64,000 nucleotides of DNA, taken from IMG/VR virus record IMGVR_UViG_3300026076_000002, one strand, 5' to 3'. This document shows positions 52,302 through 61,243 of the stretch, one piece after another. Position 1 is the first letter of the stretch; each line of letters begins with the position of its first letter. A model generated the notes under the pieces. That model had not been told where the DNA came from. It was given only the letters and a program-made list of their open reading frames with translations, and ran no database searches. Position numbers and translations under genes: made by a program. The DNA is from a virus.

Positions 52302-52862
52302 ATGTCAAACAATCCAATGGCCTTGCAAGAAGTTTCTAATAGGAATTTCTTAGCATTAGGTGGTTTCAAACTCAAGTTGAATAGATGTCCAAAGGTAGAC
52401 TTTCTTTGCAATAAAGCAAATCTGCCTACCATTACTTTGGGTGTTGCTCAACAAACTTCTTACCTTAAGAACATTCCTGTTCCTGGGGATAAGATGTCGT
52501 TTGATGATTTGGTTGTTAGTTTTATCGTTGATGAAAACCTTGAGAATTACTTACAAATATATGACTGGATGACTGGTTTAGGTTTTCCAGAAAGTTTACA
52601 ACAGTTTGAGGACATCAAGAGAAAGTCAAGATACTTCCCAGAGTTCAACGAAGGTTTCAATGAAAGGTCAGACGGAACATTAATGGTTCTTAATAGCAAC
52701 TACAATACTGTTGCACAAGTTAAGTTCAAAGACTTGTTCCCATTTGCTTTGACTGGTATACCATTTGATGCGACACTAACTCAAGAGCAGTATTTTACTG
52801 CAACTGTGAGTTTTAAATATACTATCTTTGATATGATTGACAATGAAGGAGACAAAGTTTGA
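52302..52862 (+). CDS. g3: tail completion protein gp3
   Basis: NRNFL..GFK, PVPGDK and FIVDENLENY motifs; synteny before uvsY. Confidence 0.85.
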   Translation: MSNNPMALQEVSNRNFLALGGFKLKLNRCPKVDFLCNKANLPTITLGVAQQTSYLKNIPVPGDKMSFDDLVVSFIVDENLENYLQIYDWMTGLGFPESLQQFEDIKRKSRYFPEFNEGFNERSDGTLMVLNSNYNTVAQVKFKDLFPFALTGIPFDATLTQEQYFTATVSFKYTIFDMIDNEGDKV

Positions 52863-53289
52863 TCTAGAAAAGATCCAACGAATGTGGGATGAGGATAGCA
52901 AACTGAATCAAGATGAACTTGATACTGAGTCTTTAAAAGTTCCCCAATTACACGCCAAATATTTCAACATATATAATATGACTTTAGCACTTCGTAAGAA
53001 TGCTGAGTCACAATATGCTTCTGTCATATTAGAAAGACGGAAGTATTATAAAGGTCAAGCAACAGCAGACATATATGCTGAAGAACCTTTCCCTATGAAA
53101 ATACGGGATAAGGATGACCTTAAACTTCATCTTGATGCCGACAAGAAAGTCGAGATTATCAGGTTGAAAATTGAGTACTATGACATGATGCTTAGATATC
53201 TTGAGGATATCTTAAAGCAAGTTTCTAATAGAACTTACCAAATTAAAAACGCTATTGAGTGGCGTAGGTTCTCTTCTGGTTATGGCTAA
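52843..53289 (+). CDS. uvsY: recombination mediator UvsY
   Basis: ESLKVPQLHAKY and NRTYQIKNAIEWRRF motifs. Confidence 0.92.
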   Translation: MKETKFDLEKIQRMWDEDSKLNQDELDTESLKVPQLHAKYFNIYNMTLALRKNAESQYASVILERRKYYKGQATADIYAEEPFPMKIRDKDDLKLHLDADKKVEIIRLKIEYYDMMLRYLEDILKQVSNRTYQIKNAIEWRRFSSGYG

Positions 53290-54742
53290 CATTGTTATCC
53301 AAAAAAAGAATGAGGTATTCTTAAAGGTTGAATGTGAACCTCATATCAAATATGAGTTAGCAGATCAGTTTACCTTTGATGTACCAAATGCAAAGTTTAT
53401 GCCACAGTATCGTAATAGGTACTGGGATGGAAAGATACGTCTATTCAATACTGAGAAAGGAGAAATATATGTTGGGTTATTAGACAAGGTAGAACAGTTC
53501 TGTAAGAATCACGATTACTCTTTTGAATTTAGTGATAATAAACATTATGGTTTACCTTATGAAGAGAATGATGGAGTATCTAAAGAAGGTGTAAAAGATT
53601 ATCTTACTAATATATCTAAGGTTAAACCAAGAGACTACCAGATAGAAGGAGTCTTTGATGCTTTAAAAAAGAATAGAAGATTATTAATATCACCTACTGG
53701 ATCTGGTAAGTCCTTGATGATATATGCTGTAACAAGATATCATGTACAGGCAAAGAGAAAAGTGTTGATTGTCGTACCAACAACATCTTTAGTAGAGCAG
53801 ATGTATAAAGACTTTGTAGATTATGGTTGGGATGCTAGTAAATTTTGTCACAGAATATATGGGGGTCGTGATTTATTGTCAGATTTACCTGTTACTATAT
53901 CTACTTGGCAATCTATATACAAACAGGATCGTAAATGGTTCAGACAATATGGTGTTGTTATAGGAGACGAAGCACACCAATATAAATCCAAATCATTGGT
54001 CACATTGATGACCAAATTAGATAATGCAAAATACAGATACGGATTCACGGGTACGCTTGACGGTACACAAACTCATAAGTGGGTATTGGAAGGTCTTTTC
54101 GGACCGTCATACAAAATTATTAATACAAGAGATCTACAGGAAGCGGGATACCTTGCTAGATTAAATATCCGTTGTCTTCTTTTAAAACATGATCCTCGTA
54201 AGTTTGATACCTATGAGGATGAAGTACAGTATCTTATTAGTCACGATAGTAGAAATAAATTCATTAAAAACTTAGCACTAGACTTGAAAGGTAATACTTT
54301 AATACTCTATAGTCGGGTTGCCCAACATGGGGAACGTCTGTATGACCTCATAAATACTAATAACCGAAAGGTTTTCTTTGTTCACGGAGGTGTTGATACA
54401 GAGGAACGTGAGTCTGTTAGACAGATTACCGAGGAGGAAAACGATGCGATTATTGTTGCCTCTTACGGCACTTTCAGTACTGGTATTAACATTAAGCGTC
54501 TTCACAACGTCATCTTTGCAAGTCCATCCAAATCGAGGATTAGGAATCTCCAATCCATCGGCAGGGTATTAAGAACTGGTAAGGATAAAGTTAAAGCAAC
54601 CCTTTATGATATAGCAGATGATTGTACAAAAGGTAGTAGGTCGAACTACACTCTTAATCATCTAGTCGAACGTATCAAATACTATAACGAAGAGAAATTT
54701 AATTATGACATCATCACCATCAAATTCGGAACCATACGATGA
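53282..54742 (+). CDS. uvsW: RNA-DNA helicase UvsW
   Basis: SPTGSGKS, DEAH, GFTGTL and QSIGRVLR SF2 helicase motifs. Confidence 0.96.
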   Translation: MANIVIQKKNEVFLKVECEPHIKYELADQFTFDVPNAKFMPQYRNRYWDGKIRLFNTEKGEIYVGLLDKVEQFCKNHDYSFEFSDNKHYGLPYEENDGVSKEGVKDYLTNISKVKPRDYQIEGVFDALKKNRRLLISPTGSGKSLMIYAVTRYHVQAKRKVLIVVPTTSLVEQMYKDFVDYGWDASKFCHRIYGGRDLLSDLPVTISTWQSIYKQDRKWFRQYGVVIGDEAHQYKSKSLVTLMTKLDNAKYRYGFTGTLDGTQTHKWVLEGLFGPSYKIINTRDLQEAGYLARLNIRCLLLKHDPRKFDTYEDEVQYLISHDSRNKFIKNLALDLKGNTLILYSRVAQHGERLYDLINTNNRKVFFVHGGVDTEERESVRQITEEENDAIIVASYGTFSTGINIKRLHNVIFASPSKSRIRNLQSIGRVLRTGKDKVKATLYDIADDCTKGSRSNYTLNHLVERIKYYNEEKFNYDIITIKFGTIR

Positions 54743-55142
54743 GTTCTATGCCAGTGTTAAACTGGTCTCAGGTGAAGAAGTGCTTTGTGTGGTTATGATT
54801 GATGAACCTAAAAGTCAACCTGATAAGATAATTATAGATAATCCTGTTCTATGTAAAGAAGTTCGTGCACCTGGAACTAATATTCCTATGGGATTTAAGT
54901 TTGAACCATGGATGAAAATGACTGACGACAATACTTTTGTTTTATCTATGGATCGTGTAGTAACTATAAGTCAGATTCAGTCTAAAGAAATTATTGATAC
55001 TTATAAAAGTATGATAGACCTTGGTATGCGTGGTGCATCTCATCCTGATATTACTAAGCAAATGGGATATATATCTTCTGTAGATAGAGCTAGAAAGGTT
55101 TTAGAAAAGATGTATAGAGATGAGCCTAAAGGAACCCCTTGA
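54705..55142 (+). CDS. conserved T4-like cyanophage protein (Sm-like KLVSGEE type)
   Basis: FYASVKLVSGEEV..PWM; occupies the usual uvsW-g55 position. Confidence 0.75.
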   Translation: MTSSPSNSEPYDEFYASVKLVSGEEVLCVVMIDEPKSQPDKIIIDNPVLCKEVRAPGTNIPMGFKFEPWMKMTDDNTFVLSMDRVVTISQIQSKEIIDTYKSMIDLGMRGASHPDITKQMGYISSVDRARKVLEKMYRDEPKGTP

Positions 55143-55156
55143 ACCCTTACAGAGTT

Positions 55157-55185
55157 ATTCTACATAGATTTGCCTATTCTGTCAA
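55157..55185 (-). promoter_or_regulatory. antisense sigma70-type promoter
   Basis: Minus strand TTGACA-N17-TAGAAT. Confidence 0.6.
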
Positions 55186-55198
55186 GCTATGCTATACT
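55170..55198 (+). promoter_or_regulatory. sigma70-type promoter for g55
   Basis: TTGCCT-N17-TATACT with extended TG. Confidence 0.7.
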
Positions 55199-55220
55199 GT
55201 TCACATAGGATTGATACAAG

Positions 55221-55688
55221 ATGAAAAGGAAACGCTCTGAACACTACGTTAATAACAAGGAGTTTCTTGCTGCAATAGTAGCATATAAACAATCTATTGT
55301 AGACGCTGAAGGTCTTGGTCAACCCAAGCCTAGGATAACAAACTACCTAGGAGAGTGCTTCTTAAAGATAGCAACACATTTATCATATAAACCAAACTTT
55401 GTCAACTACATGTTCAAGGATGACATGATCTGTGATGGCATAGAAAATTGTGTACAGTACATTAATAATTTTAATCCTGAGAAATCATCTAATCCATTTG
55501 CCTATTTTACTCAGATAATACATTATGCATTTCTTAGAAGAATACAAAAAGAAAAGAAACAACTAGAGATAAGACAAAAGATTATTGAAAGATCTGGTTT
55601 TGAAGAGGTTATGCATTCTGATGACCAAGATAGATACTCTGAGAATAATCAGATTAAAGATGCTGTACAGTATCGTAATAACCGATGA
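55221..55688 (+). CDS. g55: late-transcription sigma factor gp55
   Basis: HYVNNKEFL, DMICDGIENC and NPFAYFTQIIHYAFLRRIQKEK motifs. Confidence 0.97.
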   Translation: MKRKRSEHYVNNKEFLAAIVAYKQSIVDAEGLGQPKPRITNYLGECFLKIATHLSYKPNFVNYMFKDDMICDGIENCVQYINNFNPEKSSNPFAYFTQIIHYAFLRRIQKEKKQLEIRQKIIERSGFEEVMHSDDQDRYSENNQIKDAVQYRNNR

Positions 55689-56725
55689 AAGTTGCTGTTA
55701 TCACTGATCAGCATATTGGATTTAAGAAAGGGTCAAAGTTATATCACGATTACTTCTTAAAGTTCTATGATGAAGTCTTTTTTCCAACGCTGCAAGAACG
55801 TAATATCACCACTGTACTTGACCTTGGTGACACTTTTGACAATAGGAAGGGTATTGATTTATATTCTTTGGACTGGGCGAAGCAAAATTATTTTGATAGG
55901 TTACAAGCTCTTGGCATTAGTGTCATCAGCATTGTGGGAAACCATACAGCATTCTATAAGAATACGAACCACCTTAATACCATTAATCTGCTCCTACGAG
56001 AGTACGATAATATTACAACTCTTCGTGAGACCACAGAGTTAGAAATTGGTGGATGTAAGATACTGTTTGTCCCTTGGATTAACCCAGAAAATAAAGAAGA
56101 GACATATAGTAAGATAGAACAAACAACTGCTAAGATGTGTATGGGTCACCTTGAACTCAATGGGTTCACTGCTACTCATGGACATGTCATGGAGAATGGA
56201 GATGATGTAGTTAAGTATAACAAGTTTACTAAGGTGTTCTCTGGACATTACCATACTAGATCTAGTAATGGTAAGATCTTCTACTTAGGTAATCCATATG
56301 AGATGTTCTGGAATGATGTGAATGATTCTAGAGGATTTCATCTGTTTGATACTGAGACATTAGAAACTGAGACTATAAACAATCCTTTCCAGTTGTATAA
56401 AATTATTGTATATGATAATACACCTAGACAATTGTTTAAGTTCAATGAGTATAAGGATAAGATAGTTAAACTCGTAGTTAAAGAGAAAGATAATGAAAAA
56501 GAATATGAACGTTTCCTTGAGGCATTGATCAATGCTAACCCTTATGATCTAAAAGTAATAGAAAAGATACAAGGTGTTAATTTTGATAGTGGTTTAGTGG
56601 AGCATACCGAGGACACAGTGACGTTATTGGATTCATATGTTGACGATATGGAGACTGACTTGGAGAAATCTAGGATCAAGTCTATAGTATCTGAACTCTA
56701 TAGGGAAGCATGTGAGGTAGGTTAA
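55685..56725 (+). CDS. g47: recombination endonuclease subunit gp47 (Mre11-like)
   Basis: TDQH, LGDTFD, VGNH and SGHYH phosphoesterase motifs. Confidence 0.96.
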   Translation: MKVAVITDQHIGFKKGSKLYHDYFLKFYDEVFFPTLQERNITTVLDLGDTFDNRKGIDLYSLDWAKQNYFDRLQALGISVISIVGNHTAFYKNTNHLNTINLLLREYDNITTLRETTELEIGGCKILFVPWINPENKEETYSKIEQTTAKMCMGHLELNGFTATHGHVMENGDDVVKYNKFTKVFSGHYHTRSSNGKIFYLGNPYEMFWNDVNDSRGFHLFDTETLETETINNPFQLYKIIVYDNTPRQLFKFNEYKDKIVKLVVKEKDNEKEYERFLEALINANPYDLKVIEKIQGVNFDSGLVEHTEDTVTLLDSYVDDMETDLEKSRIKSIVSELYREACEVG

Positions 56726-56988
56726 TGTTTATCATTACACTCAAGGGTATGGAGGATGCTGGTGCTTATTCAGTTAAGGATGAATTGGGAGACAAGGTAG
56801 TTTTCATGTTTGAGGAAGAGGATGATGCTGATAGGTATGCTATGATGATGAAGGAAGAAGGCAACAAAGATATGGTTGTCATTGAAGTCCAAGACTCAGT
56901 TGCCATCACAGCATGTGAACGTGCTAAAATCAGGTATACCATCATTACTAAAAATGATATAGTCATTCCACCACAAGAAGATGATTGA
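56725..56988 (+). CDS. conserved cyanophage hypothetical protein
   Basis: GAYSV..FEEEDDADRYA..DIVIPP; TAATG overlap with g47. Confidence 0.8.
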   Translation: MFIITLKGMEDAGAYSVKDELGDKVVFMFEEEDDADRYAMMMKEEGNKDMVVIEVQDSVAITACERAKIRYTIITKNDIVIPPQEDD

Positions 56989-57076
56989 CACATCCCCAGA
57001 TTCCATTAGAATATTCGCCATAATAGTATTGGCATTACTCTGGTTGATTATTTTTAACACTCCTACTAATGATTGA
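56981..57076 (+). CDS. 31-aa single-TM peptide (MIDTSPDSIRIFAIIVLALLWLIIFN...)
   Basis: Read manually; fills the gap and overlaps both neighbours. Confidence 0.55.
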   Translation: MIDTSPDSIRIFAIIVLALLWLIIFNTPTND

Positions 57077-58778
57077 GTTTCAACGAATTCGTTATAAAAA
57101 TTTCTTAGCAGCAGGTAACTATTTCACTGAGATAGAACTGAATGCTGAACCTAATACCTTGATCATTGGTGGCAATGGTTCAGGTAAGAGTACTTTATTG
57201 GATGCTTTGTGCTTTGCTTTGTTCAATAAACCATTCAGACAGGTCAATAGAAGTCAATTAGTTAATAGTACTAACGAAAGGGATGCAATAGTTGAGTTAG
57301 AGTTTGCTGTAAACGCCCATGAGTACAAAATTGTACGTGGAATTAAACCAAATAGGTTTGAAATCTTCAGAAATGGTAAGAAACTCAATGAAGATTCGTC
57401 AGCACAGGAGCAACAGAAGACATTAGAAGGACAAATTTTAAAATTAAACTATAAATCGTTCACACAAATTGTAATTTTAGGTTCTGCATCGTTCGTTCCC
57501 TTCATGCAGTTGTCTACTGCACACCGTAGGGAGGTTATAGAGGACTTATTAGACATAAAAGTGTTCTCAAGTATGAAAGATATACTTAAGACACGTCTGA
57601 AGGCATCTAGAGACGAGTTAAAGGTGCTAGAATTAAAAAAACAATCGACTGCTGACAAGATTGTCATGCAGCAAAACTTTATTAGAACCATTGAGGAGGA
57701 TTCTAACAATGATATCAATGAAAAACAAGAGCAAATCGAGAATATCTATAAAGATATCTCAAGGTATCAAGAATGTGTTGAGGATATCTTGGTTAAGGTT
57801 TCCTCAAAAGAAGATGAAGTAGAAAAGTATTCTGATGCAACGGATACCATTCGGAAACTTGAAACATTTCAGACTAAACTTCAGACTAAACGGCACAACA
57901 GTTGCAAGGACTTGGATTTCTTTGAAGAAAACAGTAATTGTCCTACTTGTACCCAAGTTATTGATGAAGCTTTTAGGTTAAATAAAACAGAACAACTCCA
58001 GAAGTCTATATCAAAATCAGAAAAGAGCCTGTCTGAAATAAAACAGGCAATTTCTGATGAGCAATCACGGGAACGTGAGTTCTCAACACTTCAAAGGGAG
58101 ATTACGAAACTAAACAATGAGGTTTCTCAAACCAACATTAGAATTTCTGAGTCCAATAAGTTACGAAGACAAATTGAACAAGAAATTCAAGCAATTACCG
58201 ACAAACTTGAAAATAGAAATACTGAAGATGAAAAGTTAACTAAGTTTAAACAGGATTTGAAGGGTGTATTGGATGATCTAGCAGATCTTACCAAGACATA
58301 TGAGTATGACAGTCAAGCAAACCTTCTACTTTCTGATGAAGGGGTAAAGAGAAACATTATCAAGAAGTATCTACCTTTAATCAACCAGCAAGCGAACAGA
58401 TACTTGCAGATGATGGACTTTTACATCAACTTTAACCTTGATGAAGAGTTCAAAGAGAAGATAGAGTCTCCTATCCACGAAAACTTCTCATATTCTTCCT
58501 TCTCTGAAGGTGAAAAGATGAGGATAGACCTTTCATTGATGTTTAGTTGGCGAGAAATTGCACGTATGAAGAATAGTGTTAGTACTAACCTACTGATCAT
58601 GGATGAAGTGTTCGATTCTTCCTTGGATGGGTTCGGTACTGACGAATTTATGAAGATCATTAGGTTTGTGGTCAAGGATGCTAACATATTTGTGATCTCA
58701 CACAAGAATGAACTGCATGATAAGTTCGAGAAGTGCATTGAATTCAAAAGAACTAAGGGGTTTTCACGAATAGCTTGA
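57069..58778 (+). CDS. g46: recombination ATPase gp46 (Rad50-like)
   Basis: GGNGSGKST, CPTC zinc hook, FSEGE signature, MDEVFD. Confidence 0.97.
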   Translation: MIEFQRIRYKNFLAAGNYFTEIELNAEPNTLIIGGNGSGKSTLLDALCFALFNKPFRQVNRSQLVNSTNERDAIVELEFAVNAHEYKIVRGIKPNRFEIFRNGKKLNEDSSAQEQQKTLEGQILKLNYKSFTQIVILGSASFVPFMQLSTAHRREVIEDLLDIKVFSSMKDILKTRLKASRDELKVLELKKQSTADKIVMQQNFIRTIEEDSNNDINEKQEQIENIYKDISRYQECVEDILVKVSSKEDEVEKYSDATDTIRKLETFQTKLQTKRHNSCKDLDFFEENSNCPTCTQVIDEAFRLNKTEQLQKSISKSEKSLSEIKQAISDEQSREREFSTLQREITKLNNEVSQTNIRISESNKLRRQIEQEIQAITDKLENRNTEDEKLTKFKQDLKGVLDDLADLTKTYEYDSQANLLLSDEGVKRNIIKKYLPLINQQANRYLQMMDFYINFNLDEEFKEKIESPIHENFSYSSFSEGEKMRIDLSLMFSWREIARMKNSVSTNLLIMDEVFDSSLDGFGTDEFMKIIRFVVKDANIFVISHKNELHDKFEKCIEFKRTKGFSRIA

Positions 58779-58809
58779 CATATAACTAAACCTTATGGTA
58801 CTATAAATA
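58775..58809 (+). promoter_or_regulatory. overlapping sigma70-type and late promoters
   Basis: TTGACA-N18-TACTAT with extended TG; TATAAATA at 58802-58809. Confidence 0.7.
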
Positions 58810-58814
58810 GATCA

Positions 58815-58912
58815 TACAAAGGAATCGAAATAATCGTGCCCCTGCGTAGTATGTAAATCATCCCATGTCGGGGGTGGTATCATCCGTAGGGTTTTTTAAT
58901 GCCTTACGAGAT
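58815..58912 (+). ncRNA. candidate structured 5'-leader RNA
   Basis: Nested stems 58840-58846/58885-58891 and 58857-58864/58871-58878 with G-U pairs, followed by T6. Confidence 0.55.
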
Positions 58913-58925
58913 ATTTAAAACAATC

Positions 58926-59300
58926 ATGTCTATCAAATCAACAATCGCAGCTGCTTTTGCTGCACCTTTCCTTCTATCTTCAGCTGCTTTTGCTGGTCCT
59001 TACGTGAACGTAGAGACTAACAGCAATTGGGATGGAGACAACTACACAGGAAACACAACTGATCTTCACATCGGTTTTGAAGGTTCTACAGAAGGTGGCG
59101 TTGGCTACTATGTTCAAGGTGGTCCTTCAGTAATCGCTCTTGATGGCGTTGACTCTGAAACTCAGTTCTCTGGTAAAGCTGGTGGTTCTGCTACCCTTAC
59201 AGATACTGTTGGAGTATATGGTGAGCTTGCTTTCACTTCAGATGACGATGACCTAATCGCTGATTCTGCTGCTAAGCTTGGTCTTACTTACAAGTTCTAG
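58926..59300 (+). CDS. cyanophage small outer-membrane beta-barrel protein
   Basis: Signal peptide ending AAFA-GPYVNVE; amphipathic strands; C-terminal GLTYKF barrel signature. Confidence 0.85.
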   Translation: MSIKSTIAAAFAAPFLLSSAAFAGPYVNVETNSNWDGDNYTGNTTDLHIGFEGSTEGGVGYYVQGGPSVIALDGVDSETQFSGKAGGSATLTDTVGVYGELAFTSDDDDLIADSAAKLGLTYKF

Positions 59301-59333
59301 TTCTCTTAAATAGTTAAGAGTTCGAGATGGATT

Positions 59334-59360
59334 AGGGACTCCTTACGGAGTCCCTTTTTT
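59334..59360 (+). terminator. intrinsic terminator
   Basis: agggactcc-ttac-ggagtccct followed by a T run. Confidence 0.9.
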
Positions 59361-59366
59361 ATTGCC

Positions 59367-59540
59367 ATGAAAAAAACTTCTGACTTAGTAATGCATCCAC
59401 TTTGGATCATTCCAGTGATGCTTTTATCAACTATGATACTTATTGAAACGTTACATACTGTAACACATTGGCGTATGGAAATAGATGCTAATGCTTATTG
59501 TAGAAATAATGCCGAATGGATCAATGATAATCAAAACTAA
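59367..59540 (+). CDS. 57-aa membrane-anchored hypothetical protein
   Basis: MKKTSDLVMHPLWIIPVMLL..HWRMEIDANAYC; read manually. Confidence 0.6.
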   Translation: MKKTSDLVMHPLWIIPVMLLSTMILIETLHTVTHWRMEIDANAYCRNNAEWINDNQN

Positions 59541-59593
59541 TGGGAGTCATAAGACCCCTTTAATTCTGTTCGGGTTTCCTAGGTATTAATACT

Positions 59594-59622
59594 TTGACAG
59601 GTCTTAATTATTCCTATATAAT
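59594..59622 (+). promoter_or_regulatory. consensus sigma70 promoter for the hli operon
   Basis: TTGACA-N17-TATAAT, perfect match. Confidence 0.9.
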
Positions 59623-59649
59623 ATTGTTATCATTCTTTACATTTCTTAA

Positions 59650-59835
59650 ATGACTGTAACAACAGAGTATGGCAAGCAAAACATCTTTGCTAAAGAACCA
59701 AAGATCGAAGTTATCGATTCTGCACCACATTTTGAAATCGCTGAAACAGTGAATGGACAAATGGCAATGATCGGAATTATCGCAGCAGTCGGTGCTTACG
59801 CCACAACAGGTCAGATTATTCCTGGCATATTTTAA
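59650..59835 (+). CDS. hli: high-light-inducible protein
   Basis: AETVNGQMAMIG..TGQIIPGIF. Confidence 0.92.
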   Translation: MTVTTEYGKQNIFAKEPKIEVIDSAPHFEIAETVNGQMAMIGIIAAVGAYATTGQIIPGIF

Positions 59836-59880
59836 GAGATAAGGTCTCTTACATCTTCTACCCCTAATAAATCTAAGAAA

Positions 59881-59988
59881 ATGACTCCAGAAGCAGAAAA
59901 GTTTAACGGTTGGATGGCAATGATCGGTTTTGTAGCCGCAGTCGGAGCATACGCAACCACAGGTCAAATCATACCTGGTATATTCTAA
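59881..59988 (+). CDS. hli: high-light-inducible protein (35 aa)
   Basis: MTPEAEKFNGWMAMIGFVAAVGAYATTGQIIPGIF; read manually. Confidence 0.93.
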   Translation: MTPEAEKFNGWMAMIGFVAAVGAYATTGQIIPGIF

Positions 59989-60083
59989 TGAATCAATCCA
60001 TTTTTTTCAGAGCAAATGGCAGAGCATCTATGATGCTTTTTGTCTCAGGTGTTTTGTTATACACAGTCTCTAACTACTTCTAA
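59988..60083 (+). CDS. degenerate hli-like peptide (31 aa)
   Basis: MNQSIFFRANGRASMMLFVSGVLLY..; TAATG-coupled to the upstream hli. Confidence 0.6.
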   Translation: MNQSIFFRANGRASMMLFVSGVLLYTVSNYF

Positions 60084-60251
60084 ATGGATCTTCTATCAAC
60101 TTCAGAAATTTCACCATTCATGGCTATCATGTGGTGCTTCTATCCAATAGGTGCTTTAGTATTTGTTGAGTTGCTGCTACGTGCTGTAAATGATAATGAT
60201 GACGATGATGAAGATGGTGGTAAGATGATTCCAGCATATAATGGGGCTTGA
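60084..60251 (+). CDS. 55-aa membrane protein with poly-Asp tail
   Basis: AIMWCFYPIGALVFVELLLR..DDDDEDGGKMIPA; read manually. Confidence 0.75.
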   Translation: MDLLSTSEISPFMAIMWCFYPIGALVFVELLLRAVNDNDDDDEDGGKMIPAYNGA

Positions 60252-60276
60252 CATAGAGTATTAATACCTATATACT
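60248..60276 (+). promoter_or_regulatory. sigma70 promoter
   Basis: TTGACA-N17-TATACT. Confidence 0.85.
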
Positions 60277-60298
60277 TGTAGAGTATTTTTACCTAGTC

Positions 60299-60376
60299 AT
60301 GCCTCAACTTATATTCCTGATAGGTCTATCTTTTTTCGCAACACATCCTGAGATTGTAAACGTAGCATTTCAATGA
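60299..60376 (+). CDS. 25-aa hydrophobic peptide (MPQLIFLIGLSFF...)
   Basis: First ORF after the promoter; ATGA overlap with the next gene. Confidence 0.5.
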   Translation: MPQLIFLIGLSFFATHPEIVNVAFQ

Positions 60377-60654
60377 ATAGTTTAATTTTTTTCTTATTAA
60401 ACTTTTTAGACTTTTGGTTCTTACCATTAGTCATAGCACTTATAGTATCAGTTGTAGTAGAGCAAGTCATCAGAAGGAAAGGTTCTGATGCTGCTATATT
60501 CACAGCAATGAGGATACGTAAGTTCCTTTACACACAAAACGTCATATTAAATTTCGTTTGGTTCTTGTCATATTTCATCTTTGTTGTTATAATGAGGCCA
60601 TCTATGCCAGTGGGAGATCCCATGGCAAGTCCTGACCTCCTTTGGAACTTTTGA
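60373..60654 (+). CDS. two-TM hypothetical membrane protein
   Basis: Two hydrophobic segments with a basic loop between them. Confidence 0.75.
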   Translation: MNSLIFFLLNFLDFWFLPLVIALIVSVVVEQVIRRKGSDAAIFTAMRIRKFLYTQNVILNFVWFLSYFIFVVIMRPSMPVGDPMASPDLLWNF

Positions 60655-61208
60655 TGAAAGACTTTATAGGTGTGTATGATAACGCATTCACACCTGACCA
60701 ATGTGCTGATATGATTGAATATATTGAGTCTCTCCAAGAGAATCATTTATTATTCCAAGACAAAGAAAAAAAACATGACACAGACCACCAAGCAGTAGGT
60801 CTGTTTTATCATAACTTGTTAGGAACTTCCCCCTTTGGGGCGAAGTTCCTTCCTTGTATTCAGCAGTATGTTGATTCCTACCTTAATGAATACTCGGTAC
60901 TATCAAGACAAAGGTTTTTAATATATGATGTCAAGGTTAAGAAGATACCTGACGGTGGTGGCTTCCATTCTTGGCACTACGAAGCAAATAATTTTGTGTA
61001 TGCTACCAGAGCATTTGTAGTTCAGTTATACCTTAATGATATAGAAGAAGGTGGTGAAACAGAATTCTTGTACATAGGTAAAAGAATACCAGCAAGAGCA
61101 GGTAGACTCATTATCTTCCCTGCTGGTTTTACTCATGCACATAGAGGAAACCCACCACTAGGACAGACAAAATATATTTGTTCTTCATGGGGTATCGTTC
61201 AGGAATAG
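60654..61208 (+). CDS. 2OG-Fe(II) oxygenase
   Basis: FHSWHYE (HxE), LYLNDIEEGGETEF, IFPAGFTHAHRG and KYI motifs. Confidence 0.92.
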   Translation: MKDFIGVYDNAFTPDQCADMIEYIESLQENHLLFQDKEKKHDTDHQAVGLFYHNLLGTSPFGAKFLPCIQQYVDSYLNEYSVLSRQRFLIYDVKVKKIPDGGGFHSWHYEANNFVYATRAFVVQLYLNDIEEGGETEFLYIGKRIPARAGRLIIFPAGFTHAHRGNPPLGQTKYICSSWGIVQE

Positions 61209-61212
61209 TATG

Positions 61213-61221
61213 TGCTATAAT
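61213..61221 (+). promoter_or_regulatory. extended -10 promoter
   Basis: TGcTATAAT before the replication gene block. Confidence 0.6.
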
Positions 61222-61243
61222 ATAAACGAACATATTATTGATA

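Noticed and set aside
52175-52432. 85-aa minus-strand ORF
   Set aside because: It overlaps g3 and a better + strand 54-aa ORF
59580-59650. NtcA box or RpaB/HLR1 site at the hli promoter
   Set aside because: The GTA..TAC spacing is 4, not 8, and only one good TTTACATT half-site is present
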